Source: Candidatus Poribacteria bacterium (lineage in GTDB: Bacteria > Poribacteria > WGA-4E > JAJDTR01). From it: a stretch of DNA of 64,000 bases. The notes under the pieces were generated by a model that worked only from the letters and a program-made list of their open reading frames with translations, was not told where the DNA came from and searched no databases. The first letter of the stretch is position 1. Each line of letters begins with the position of its first letter. The stretch spans positions 4,992,001 to 5,056,000 of the forward strand of contig CBDCTK010000002.1 in NCBI GenBank assembly GCA_965222225.1, written 5' to 3'. Of the stretch, positions 1 through 9,008 are shown one piece after another. A program made the translations under genes and the position numbers.

Positions 1-1
1 T

Positions 2-277
2 TTTGTCCCGCTTTTGCTTAAAGTTGGGCGAAGGGACTTGTACGTCACTTCCTTCAACGACTCGCGGGAGTTTTTCGATAAATTCTCGCAACGAGTGTGC
101 TGTCTGTGCGATGCGGTCTGGATTCTGTAAGTTATTCAAAGCGTAAAGTGCGCCAAGATACCACTGACTCAGCGGGTATTCCTCAGTTTCTCTGTCTTTT
201 AAGGCTTCCAGTACCCGTTGCTGTTTGGGCGTTAGTCTTGGCAGTTCGTGACTATTGTGATTGTCAATTGCTTGCAT
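2..277 (-). CDS. 5' part of a hypothetical protein running off the window (possible HEPN-like/defence-associated protein)
   Basis: ATG at 277 just after the mod stop; open frame MQAIDNHNSHELPRLTPKQQRVLEALK...NPDRIAQTAHSLREFIEKLP... to the window edge. Confidence 0.6.
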   Translation of the reverse strand, partial: MQAIDNHNSHELPRLTPKQQRVLEALKDRETEEYPLSQWYLGALYALNNLQNPDRIAQTAHSLREFIEKLPRVVEGSDVQVPSPNFKQKRDK

Positions 278-279
278 TG

Positions 280-1783
280 TCATTCTCCGTAGAATTGTTT
301 GTTCAACGCTTTATCGTTCTCGTTGACATCAAAATCTTCGTCGTCGATTTCGGAGAGGTGGACGTATAGTTGGTTTTTATCAAGTAGTTCTGCCAAGAGT
401 TTCTTCTGTTTGTCTAGGCCGTTTTCGGTTTTGCCGATTGCTTTGAAGTCGTCCACCGCAGCCGCGGGCGTTTCCGGATTGACGTAGTAGTTCAGGAAAG
501 AGTTTGAGGCGATATTTTCCCAAAGTGCGACAAGTGCCTCGGACGATTGCGTGGCTTGAATTTTATCCATGTAGGCTTCGTTGTATTTCATCAGTTCGAA
601 ATAGATGAAATCGCCGCCGCCCTGCCAGTTGACGAATTCGGAGATGCCGCCTTCCTCGCCGGAGATAACTTTCTTTAGGCGTTCCACCGGAATCTCTTCG
701 GCGTAATCCATCTGCTCAATGCCGATGTATTGCCTTCCCATTTTGTGAGCGACAGCAGCCGTTGTGCCCGAGCCTAAATGGTAGTCTAGAACAATGTCCC
801 CTTCCTCTGTGGAGTATTCAATTATTCGCTGGAGAAGTCGTTCAATTTTGGGATATGCAAACGCCTCTTGTGTACATCAATATCCAGTCAAAATCTTGGG
901 AAAAGTTATAAGGCACGTTACTACGTCCACTTCGTGTTTTTCTCGGAACAGTTGCAATGAAGTTGTCTCTACCGAATATATCATCGGCAGCAACCTTGAT
1001 ATAGTGCATTTCCTGATCATCAATGTGGATGAAGATAACCCCATCATCCCTTAGCAACTCTCTTGCGACCTCCAGCCGATTTTTCATGAACGTCAGCCAA
1101 CTGGAATGATTGAAGTTGTCGTTGTAACCGAAACTGTCGCTCCCCGTGTTGTAGGGTGGGTCGATGTAGATTAGTTTGACCTTTCCGCGAAACTGATCCT
1201 TGAGCGTATGCAGTGCCACAAGGTTGTTGCTTTTGATAATCAGGTTTTCGCGTATTACGCCGTTTTCATCGCGTTTAATCTCGGTCGGATTCTCCTCACC
1301 TTCCACCGTGTAGCGTTTCCAGTTGGTCAACACCTTCGGGTCGAAGAGGCGGTTAATCTCATCTTGCGCCAGAATCTCGTTGAAGAATATCTCTTTACGT
1401 TTTTCTTCGTCTTTTGTCTGTCCGCCTTCCAGGACGCAAACCTTGTAGGGCCAAACGAGGGATACTTCGCCCCGTTCTCGTAGGAAATTGCCCCCAATGT
1501 TCAAGCCGATTTTGTTGCGGAAGCGGGTGTAAGAGTTGCCGAGGAAATTTTTGTTGGACAGGTATTCGATGAAGGTGTTGGCGTTGAAGATCTAGTGTCC
1601 GTCGATTTCTTCAAAGAATTTGGCTTTGATTTCGTCTTCCGAGAGCAGCAGCCGCACGAGGTCGTGGTCAAGCTGTCTGGCGTGGCGGTGGATGGCAGCG
1701 GTAATGAGTTCGCCACCCTCGTCTAGGAGACGGTCGTCGGTTTTGAGGAGGTCGATTAGTTTTTGGTGGAAGTTGGTTGGCAT
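280..1783 (-). pseudogene. mod: Type III restriction-modification DNA methyltransferase (Mod), disrupted
   Basis: IYIDPPYNTG and DYHLGSGTTAAVAHKMGRQYIGIE motifs; in-frame TAG at 1592-1594; frameshift near 865 where ...WILMYTR joins FAYPKIERLLQRII with the central region missing. Confidence 0.9.
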
Positions 1784-1792
1784 GGTGGATTC

Positions 1793-2800
1793 CTACGTCA
1801 GGTTTTCGTTAGCTTGCGCCAAGAAGAGAATGTTTGATGCGGTCAAATGAAGGGCGTAAGTGGCTATGTGTTCGGGAACTAGAATCTCTTGCGTCCCCTG
1901 GCCGTGTCCGCCTAGTTCATTTCGAAGTGTAGGAACTCCAGCCTCCAATGTGTTCCGCAACGCCGAAAAGTGTGATTGCATGAAATTTGGAATCAGCTTG
2001 TTCTTGAATACGATGTCAACCAGGCGGTTGGCGGTAACTTTAGCACCGTAAACCCAGCCTCGCTTGTCACATATTGCTTTGAGGCAACTCTCGAAAGCCT
2101 TGAGACAATCGTTCAGGCATTCTTTGTATCGCTTTGCCCGGTAGTGCTCGTGGGCACTCAGGAATTCGGCATTCGCGCCTTGGTACATAGAATCGGAAAG
2201 CATACAGAGTGCGGGCCGCATCGCTTCAGAATGAAGGTACTGGGAATCTACTCGGATAATTTGGCCAGATTCGTACTGATAGCCTACACCGTGGTTACGG
2301 AATCGCTGGTTGAGTTCATTGACTGCATTCGTATATTGACTATGTTTCTTAATACTATACAAACGCATTTGCTGATAGTTTTTCTTACCAATTTCATTTG
2401 AAGGTAATGCCTCCAAACTTACTAAAGGAGATTGCTTATCGTAGGGATCAGGTTGGTTGGTCTGCTGAAAGAAGAGTTCAATGACATCAATTGCCTTTTC
2501 CGTCTCATCTATCTGGAGGAAAAAGTTCACGACTGCATCGAAATCGGAGTCTGCGTCTTTATCAAGTTCGAAGAGTCCATATTCGCGACATACCGTCTTA
2601 TGAATGAACGCCCATACCTTGGTTGCTTCCTCGGAACAGATAAGGCCTCTGCTGGTACTGATGTGTTGGCCAAGCACATCTTTCATGATGTGCACGATTT
2701 GAACTCGAAGGGTTTCGGGAATATCCGCGTACTGGTAAAAGTCGGGAACTTCACCCCGATGCTGTTTCTGTCTATTGGAAAATATATCAACGACTGACAT
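1793..2800 (-). CDS. AbiJ-N-like/HEPN protein (STM4504/CBY_0614-like), putative abortive-infection defence
   Basis: N-terminus DIFSNRQK...DFYQY..IPETLRVQIVHI; C-terminal RNELGGHGQG (R-x5-H HEPN-type motif); AAGGAG RBS before ATG 2800. Confidence 0.7.
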   Translation of the reverse strand: MSVVDIFSNRQKQHRGEVPDFYQYADIPETLRVQIVHIMKDVLGQHISTSRGLICSEEATKVWAFIHKTVCREYGLFELDKDADSDFDAVVNFFLQIDETEKAIDVIELFFQQTNQPDPYDKQSPLVSLEALPSNEIGKKNYQQMRLYSIKKHSQYTNAVNELNQRFRNHGVGYQYESGQIIRVDSQYLHSEAMRPALCMLSDSMYQGANAEFLSAHEHYRAKRYKECLNDCLKAFESCLKAICDKRGWVYGAKVTANRLVDIVFKNKLIPNFMQSHFSALRNTLEAGVPTLRNELGGHGQGTQEILVPEHIATYALHLTASNILFLAQANENLT

Positions 2801-3038
2801 GTTTTTCTCCTTGCGGTGCAGGTTTGCTAATGACTGGCGTCCCACCTGCTCTCATGTGCCCTTCAATACTATGACTTAAGTCACAATTACAATATGTGAA
2901 AACTCACAAGCAGAATTCCTTTGTCGACGTGTAGCACAAAGTTATCTGTACGTTGCAGCAAATCCTAGTTGCGCAACAACCATATTTCTATTTTGTACAT
3001 ATGGTTCTCTAGTAAATCGCTCGCAATTATAGCATAAA

Positions 3039-3383
3039 TCACTTTAAATACACAACCAATTTATCTTCATTCTCGTCCCATTCAGCATCATATCGATTGG
3101 TTTTTGTATAGTTTATTCTGTAGTATTCAAAAAACGACCGTGCTGATACGTCTGCGCCAGATGTCCTCTTTCGTAGTTTACATATACCTTCGTTATTTGC
3201 ATCGTTGGTTAGTCCGATTCCTATACGACCACCGTCTTTATCATAATACAATATTGCCCAGTCGTACTGATCTAATTTGAAATGCTTGACGGCACCTTGG
3301 TTAAACCCAATTAAACCGCTCTTTGTAATTGACACCTTGGGCTTATATCCTCTACCAACCTGTGTAAATTTCTCGAATGACAT
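3039..3383 (-). CDS. Hypothetical protein, AT-rich
   Basis: 114-aa ORF with GGAGG RBS; AT-rich relative to neighbours. Confidence 0.65.
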   Translation of the reverse strand: MSFEKFTQVGRGYKPKVSITKSGLIGFNQGAVKHFKLDQYDWAILYYDKDGGRIGIGLTNDANNEGICKLRKRTSGADVSARSFFEYYRINYTKTNRYDAEWDENEDKLVVYLK

Positions 3384-3629
3384 TGCTCAATTTAACCTCC
3401 CTCACACGAAAATGATTTAACTATCCTTCATTGTATCACAATATATCACATCGTGTCAAATGAATTATGTGCCCTAATTTCAAGACAGTGAAACACGTCT
3501 CAATACGGACATAGATATACACAGTTAATCACGAGCGTCTATAATTGATACTGAATGCACAATTACACATATTAACTAACCTTGCTACACGCAACATATT
3601 TCATATCAAAATATCATCTTATATGTTTT

Positions 3630-3812
3630 TTAGTCGATGGGGATATGGATGGGATCGAGCATCGAATTGATTAGATGACCTTTTGTTTCCTGTTTGTGAT
3701 GATGCCGGTGATATCTTGATGGAGTTCTGGCTTGTGTTGTTTTGGGATGAGAGGTTGCCTCGCTTTGGCGGCAAAGACGATATGTACGTAGAGTTGGATG
3801 CAGGTGTTTGCC
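3630..3812 (-). pseudogene. IS200/IS605-like (Y1 HUH) transposase remnant
   Basis: ANTCIQLYVHIVFAAKARQPLIPKQHKPELHQDITGII...KVI, then stop/frameshift and INSMLDPIHI (degenerate MPDHIH HUH motif). Confidence 0.75.
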
Positions 3813-3848
3813 AGAGAGACGGCTGTTATTGGTGAGGACAGAATATGC

Positions 3849-3914
3849 CGCTCCGCTGGAGCGGGAGAAACTACCAACTTTTTTCTACAGACATTTCACT
3901 CCGCTGGAGTGAAA
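3849..3914. repeat. Pair of short palindromes next to the transposase remnant
   Basis: CCGCTCCGCTGGAGCGG and TTTCACTCCGCTGGAGTGAAA share a CTCC-GCT-GGAG hairpin core. Confidence 0.6.
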
Positions 3915-3954
3915 ACCATTCTACGAAGGGAAACTTTCTCAAAGCCAGTTAAAG

Positions 3955-4180
3955 TAGCAATTCTCATTTTGGAACTAAGACCCTATGGAGCCAAGCCAGT
4001 TCTGAGTTGTTTCAGCATGAAATCAAGTAATCGATTCGCTGAGAACGTCCATTTAGGTGCCAATTCTTACACAATCAAATGATTTTGGCCCAAGAATGAC
4101 AAAAAATGAACTTGAGACCCACTGTTCAGACAAGTTCTAATCGGTACAATCGCTCGGCAAATTCAAAATGAGAATTGCTG
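3955..4180. mobile_element. MITE with 16-bp terminal inverted repeats and 9-bp target-site duplication
   Basis: AGCAATTCTCATTTTG (3956-3971) / CAAAATGAGAATTGCT (4164-4179); flanking direct repeat CAGTTAAAG at 3946-3954 and 4181-4189. Confidence 0.85.
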
Positions 4181-4423
4181 CAGTTAAAGAGCGAAAAACG
4201 AGTGTTACTTGAAGAGGGAATAATTCCGTCGGGGATAATGGTGTGCCATATACGTTCAAACCAATGATTCAACCATAATACAAGCTGGCAATTCAAAACC
4301 TGCCAAGTGTCAGTCTATGTTACAATCATAACACAAGCAGACGCAACTTGCGTATCACGCCACAGTGAACGGGTTACGGAAATATCTCAACATAAGCTTG
4401 AGCGTGGGTGTTGTTCGATGTAT

Positions 4424-4625
4424 CTACAGGTCCTTAAGCGTGCTTTTTTATTTGGCTTCAAGCGCTTCCGCGATTAAGAAATCCAACTTCCCGCTTGCTG
4501 AATCTTATTCAATATGGCGATCCCACTTTGCCCAGTCCAACTCGTTGAACCATCGTCTAAATTGAAGGTATTCGGCTTCAGGGAGCGCAAGAATCGCTTT
4601 GCTGAATTTCCGTAATGTTTGACAT
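4424..4625 (-). pseudogene. Degraded small antitoxin-like gene
   Basis: MSNITEIQQ/AILALPEAEYLQFRRWFNELDWAKWDRHIE*DSASGKLDFLIAEALEAK*KSTLKDL with one frameshift and two stops. Confidence 0.55.
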
Positions 4626-4690
4626 TTTGCTTTCTCCCTGTTTGTCGCGCAAAATCAATCTGATTTTCATAGAAACGGTAAACTACCTTC

Positions 4691-5053
4691 TCAGGCTGAT
4701 TCCCGCTTTAGTGTTGATGGCGAAATCCTTTCATACATTGTTATCCCAACGCGCCGAATGTGCTCGGTTACATCGGGGTCGGTGATGTCGCGGAAGACGG
4801 AGAGGTCGAATGTATAGGGTAAAAGCAGGTCGTCCAAGTCGTTAGCGATGCGGAGCAGGACGTTCAGCGTCAGATCTGTTCCACCATGGAGGGTCAGGTC
4901 GATATCGGAACCAGTTTTGTGTGCCGCTTTAGCGCGTGAACCGTATAGGACCGCTTTCTCCACCTGTGGATAGCGTCTGAAGACATCGCATATTTTCCGG
5001 ATGACAGGTTCTGGCAAACCACAGTCGGATTGGTGCAGGGGGTGGGCACTCAT
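4691..5053 (-). CDS. Minimal nucleotidyltransferase (MNT) antitoxin
   Basis: LYGSRAKAAHKTGSDIDL (GS-x10-DxD); overlaps the HEPN gene stop (ATGA). Confidence 0.85.
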   Translation of the reverse strand: MSAHPLHQSDCGLPEPVIRKICDVFRRYPQVEKAVLYGSRAKAAHKTGSDIDLTLHGGTDLTLNVLLRIANDLDDLLLPYTFDLSVFRDITDPDVTEHIRRVGITMYERISPSTLKRESA

Positions 5054-5475
5054 GCCGATTCCTCCTTTTTCAGGCGTTGGAGTTTCACTTGGAGCGCCTG
5101 AAATTCTGCAAAATACACTTCTAGAATCGCTTTAACAATCTGGGCGGCGGTGGACTCGTTGTAGGTGTGTGTAGTCAGGTTGCGACTTTGAATCATCGCC
5201 ATCCATATCTCGCCGTTTTCAATCAAACCCGCTCTGAACGCGGCGCGCGTGGTGTCCTTAGATCCGTATAGGATTTGTGCCCCGTGTTTTTCGAGGAAGT
5301 CCTTTAGCGTATTCCACCCCAATTCGTGTGTGTATTTGAAACGCTGTATTAAACCCAGTGCTTCCAGCTTTGAGAGTTGGCGGCGGCGTGCCAGTTCGAC
5401 AGCGTCCTTCAATTGGGAGAACACCTTGTCAAAGTTATTGGCTCTCTGAATCCAGCGGATGTCTTGGTTGTTCAT
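5050..5475 (-). CDS. HEPN / nucleotidyltransferase substrate-binding protein (HI0074-like)
   Basis: DIRWIQR, GLIQRFKYTHELGW, RNLTTHTY (R-x4-H) motifs. Confidence 0.85.
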   Translation of the reverse strand: MNNQDIRWIQRANNFDKVFSQLKDAVELARRRQLSKLEALGLIQRFKYTHELGWNTLKDFLEKHGAQILYGSKDTTRAAFRAGLIENGEIWMAMIQSRNLTTHTYNESTAAQIVKAILEVYFAEFQALQVKLQRLKKEESA

Positions 5476-5500
5476 AAGGGAATCTTTAGTAAGTCTTTAG

Positions 5501-5690
5501 TAGGACTTACGTAGTTCGGTCTGTAGAATCGATTATCCGTCGCAGTCTATTGTCGAGAATCGGAATGGATCTCTATCGCACGGGATTTTCTATCGCATTC
5601 ACTATCCGTTCACTTGATCGTTATTCATTCGGTCGATCCCTCCTACAGACACACACGTAGGAGCGATCTCCTGTTGCTGTGTAAGTCCTA
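5501..5690. mobile_element. MITE-like element with TAGGACTTAC terminal inverted repeats carrying REP and micro-element cargo
   Basis: TAGGACTTAC (5501-5510) / GTAAGTCCTA (5681-5690); related left end GGACTTACGCAATTCAGTTTGTAG at 53130. Confidence 0.6.
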
Positions 5691-5788
5691 ATTTAGGTTT
5701 GCAGCGAGATTCTTGATTCGAGATTTCAAGGCTGGTGCGCAGAGGATCTCTATCGCAGTCATTATTCATTCCTTTGATCGCACCCTAC
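5566..5788. repeat. Cluster of 37-38 nt covarying hairpin micro-elements (nested and REP-inserted)
   Basis: Copies at 5582-5619 (inside an outer copy 5566-5638) and 5743-5779 (inside GGTGCGCAG...GCACCCTAC). Confidence 0.8.
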
Positions 5789-5822
5789 GAACGCAATCGT
5801 AAAATTTTTTGCTAACGGATAT

Positions 5823-5857
5823 AAAAAAAGCCATATAGTGTCAGTTCTATATGGCTT
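5823..5857 (-). terminator. Rho-independent terminator of tRNA-Leu(CAA)
   Basis: AAGCCATATAG / CTATATGGCTT stem followed by a T-run on the minus strand. Confidence 0.75.
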
Positions 5858-5862
5858 ACGGA

Positions 5863-5947
5863 TGCCGGAGGTCGGACTCGAACCGACATGGACCCAAGGC
5901 CCGCTGGATTTTGAATCCAGTGCGTCTACCGATTTCACCACTCCGGC
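5863..5947 (-). tRNA. tRNA-Leu(CAA)
   Basis: GCCGGAG/CTCCGGC acceptor, CTGGA-TTCAAAA-TCCAG anticodon arm, long variable arm, GGTTCGAGTCC T arm. Confidence 0.97.
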
Positions 5948-6185
5948 TAAAGACGGTGTATTTTAGCACATTCTCGGTGTGGGAATCAAGCGCAAAATGG
6001 GCACATGCGAGGGACGATTGCACCTTCAATGACCTACGCCGTCAAGATCCCCTCTGCGATTTGATGATTGTCGATTGTGTGCGATAAAGTGTTGGGTTTC
6101 ACTCGCGTTTCGGTTCTTTCGGGCGGAATGAAACCTCGAAAGTCTTCTTTACTGTGCGCGATACTCTGCGCGATTTCTTTCGGAC

Positions 6186-6303
6186 TTCCGTTCAACCCAA
6201 CCTACGCGCTGCTATGGCACTCCACCGGAGGCAGGACAGGTCGCGATTCGGAGATCGCTCCTACAGTGATTTCCGATGGATTTCCGTTCAACCCAACCTA
6301 CGC
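6186..6303. repeat. GTAG-family REP-like direct repeats
   Basis: TTCCGTTCAACCCAACCTACGC at 6186-6207 and 6282-6303, with GGAGATCGCTCCTAC between them. Confidence 0.7.
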
Positions 6304-6418
6304 ATTGGTAAGTTGTACCTGCGGCTGGGCAAAAAGTTGCGTTGACGGAAAAAAGGGACTGTGCTAATATACTTTAGGATTCGCGACATCATCACTTCAT
6401 CTTCAGAAGGAGCGAGAA

Positions 6419-6880
6419 ATGCAGATAGAGAAACGGCTTGAGGAGCTTGGTATTACGCTGCCCCCGGCGGCAACACCGGTGGCGAATTATGTGACAACCG
6501 TCCAAACGGGGAATTTGGTGTTTACGTCGGGGCACGGTCCGGGGAATGGAGAGGGCAAGATTTATAAGAGTCAACTCGGTACCGATGCGGAGATTAAGGA
6601 CGGGTATCAATCGGCACGACAGGTGGCAATCAACCTAATCGGCACACTCAAACAGGCTCTTGGCGATTTGGATCGGATTCAACGTATTGTGAAGGTGGTC
6701 GGCTTTGTCAACTCCGCGCCGACGTTTACGGATCAGCCCGCCGTCGTCAACGGGGTGTCCGACCTCTTTGTCGAAGTGTTTGGCGACAGAGGGAAGCACA
6801 CACGCTCGGCGGTTGGAATGTCGCAATTGCCCGGGGGAATTCCGGTTGAGGTTGAGATGGTGGTTGAGATTGACGCATAG
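6419..6880 (+). CDS. Rid (YjgF/YER057c/UK114) family protein
   Basis: LGITLP...PVANYV, GKHTRSAVG, LPGGIPVEVEMVVEI; GAAGGAG RBS. Confidence 0.9.
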   Translation: MQIEKRLEELGITLPPAATPVANYVTTVQTGNLVFTSGHGPGNGEGKIYKSQLGTDAEIKDGYQSARQVAINLIGTLKQALGDLDRIQRIVKVVGFVNSAPTFTDQPAVVNGVSDLFVEVFGDRGKHTRSAVGMSQLPGGIPVEVEMVVEIDA

Positions 6881-6901
6881 GGTTACCGGGGGAGGATTGT
6901 C

Positions 6902-8092
6902 ATGTCGGTTCAAGTCGTAAAACCGCGTATTCGGGGATTCATCTGCACCAATGCGCATCCCGTTGGTTGCGAGAGAATTGTGCAAGAGCAGGTTGACTAT
7001 ATCAAATCGGTAGGGGCGCCGAAATCCGCCAATCTCAACGCTCTTGTTGTTGGCGCGTCGGCGGGATACGGACTGGCGTCGCGCATCGCATTGACGTGGC
7101 TATACGGCGCAAAGTCGATCGGCGTTTATTATGAACGACCCGCAGACGGTAGACGGACAGCTACCGCAGGCTATTATAACTCGTTTGCTTTGCGGCGGCT
7201 GGCTCGGGCGGATGGTTTCTTCGCAAGCGATTTGAATGGCGATGCGTTTTCCGATGATTTGAAACGGGAGACAATCGGTCGGATTAAACAGGAATTGGGA
7301 AAGGTCGATGTGTTGGTCTACAGTCTCGCCTCGCCTCGGCGCAATCATCCGCGAACGGGCGCAGAGCATCAGTCCGTGCTGAAACCGATTGGCGAGCCGT
7401 ACAAAGGCAAGACAGTAGACCTTAACCGTGAAGTCATCACAGACGTTCTCATTGAACCGGCAACAGAGGCGGAAGTCGAAGATACGGTCGCAGTCATGGG
7501 CGGCGAGGATTTGGAAATGTGGGTGGAGGCACTGCTGGCGGAGGATTTGTTGGCGACCGAGTCAACGGTTGTCACCTATACGTACATCGGGCATGAACTC
7601 ACATGGCCGATATATCGTGACGGCACGATAGGGAAAGCCAAGGAGGACCTTGAGGCACGCATAAATGCCCTAGACGCGAAACTCTCGTCCGAGTTGGGCG
7701 GACATGCGTATCTTTCGGTCAATAAAGCCGTGATTACGCAGGCGTCATCGGCGATTCCGGTTGTTCCGCTTTACATCAGCGTGCTTTATGACATTATGGA
7801 TGCACAAGGAACGAACGAAGATCCGATTCACCAGATGGGCAGGTTATTCAGTGAACATTTGGGACCTGGTTTGACGCCTACGTTGGATGCTGATCGTCGG
7901 CTAAGACTTGATGACCGTGAACTTCGATCCGATATCATGGTAGAGGTGGCGAGGCGTTGGGAGGAAGTGAACACGGAGAACTTTCTTGATTTGTCCGATT
8001 ACGCCGGATTTAAGCGCGGTTTCCGCAACCTGTTCGGCTTTGAAGTGAATGGCGTTGATTATGATGAGCCGGTGGAAACCGAATTGGTTTGA
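6902..8092 (+). CDS. fabV: Enoyl-ACP reductase FabV / trans-2-enoyl-CoA reductase
   Basis: PRIRGFICTNAHPVGC, GASAGYGLASRI, YSLASPRR, VMGGED, TQASSAIPVVPLY. Confidence 0.93.
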   Translation: MSVQVVKPRIRGFICTNAHPVGCERIVQEQVDYIKSVGAPKSANLNALVVGASAGYGLASRIALTWLYGAKSIGVYYERPADGRRTATAGYYNSFALRRLARADGFFASDLNGDAFSDDLKRETIGRIKQELGKVDVLVYSLASPRRNHPRTGAEHQSVLKPIGEPYKGKTVDLNREVITDVLIEPATEAEVEDTVAVMGGEDLEMWVEALLAEDLLATESTVVTYTYIGHELTWPIYRDGTIGKAKEDLEARINALDAKLSSELGGHAYLSVNKAVITQASSAIPVVPLYISVLYDIMDAQGTNEDPIHQMGRLFSEHLGPGLTPTLDADRRLRLDDRELRSDIMVEVARRWEEVNTENFLDLSDYAGFKRGFRNLFGFEVNGVDYDEPVETELV

Positions 8093-8152
8093 GAGCCTGT
8101 TTGAATAACAGGTGGCGTTGCCGTTTTTAGGCATTTGAATATTATTACGTGT

Positions 8153-8607
8153 GGGAGCTCTATCGCACTCCTTATTCAGTCGCTTGATCGCAGTGCGCAC
8201 CCTACGAAATGGTGCATGATTTTAAGCCTGATTTGATGATTGAAGAGAAAATCCCTATCGCGCACGCTAACCGCTTGCCTGATTCTATTCGGTCATTTGA
8301 TCCGTTCAAGAAATGGTGGGCAGTGCCCACCCTACAAAAAATGAATGAAGTCGAGTTAAGAGCTTGTTTGGATAATGGGCGACGAAGCCATCTCTGGTAA
8401 TTTGAAAAAGGCATATTCGTTTTGTTGCCTCAGCTGGTATACGCCTGTTCAGATTCTATCTTCGATTTGATGATCGGAAATCGCACGCTAGTGCTTTCAA
8501 TGGCTAGTGGGATTTCTGTGGGAGTTCTATCGCACGGGATTTACTATAAGATCTCTATCGCCTTCGCTATTCGCTCAGTTGATCGCTCCTTGTCCAGTCG
8601 CTTGATC
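8153..8607. repeat. Micro-element copies and GTAG-REP
   Basis: Copies at 8153-8189 and 8548-8584 (nested); REP GGTGGGCAGTGCCCACCCTAC at 8315-8335. Confidence 0.75.
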
Positions 8608-9008
8608 CCTCGCGAAACAGAGAGACTCCTTCCTCAACTGTCGGACAAAGACTTCCCTCCATCAGTAGCATTGGACGATTGCAATGGGGGAGATGTGGTT
8701 ATGTCGAGACAATGGCTGTGGTTCTGTGCACGCAGTGTAGGTTCTCGGGCAGACAACTATTTCCCTTAGTCACTACTGCGAATCAGGTTACATCTCTTCT
8801 CATACCCGGCAATTGCACCTCTTTGTTTTCGATTGGCACTGTAATTGCTCAACCTTACCTAGAACTGATATGAGCGGCATGAATCTGACGCTAACGGATT
8901 ATAAAACGTGCCATCTACTCAGTGAATCGAATCTCAATCCGCAATTTTATCCAATAAATCATTCACGGTTCGTCAAGAAAGAGATATTGAACGGAGGAGG
9001 TATCTATC

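Noticed and set aside
1592-1594. TAG in mod as pyrrolysine or programmed read-through
   Set aside because: One substitution from TGG, and the gene also has a frameshifting deletion, so simple decay is more likely
5851-6367. ORFs 5851-6087, 6068-6367 and 6154-6345 (also 19180-19383, 23726-23917, 24157-24471)
   Set aside because: They overlap tRNA genes or REP repeats; shadow ORFs
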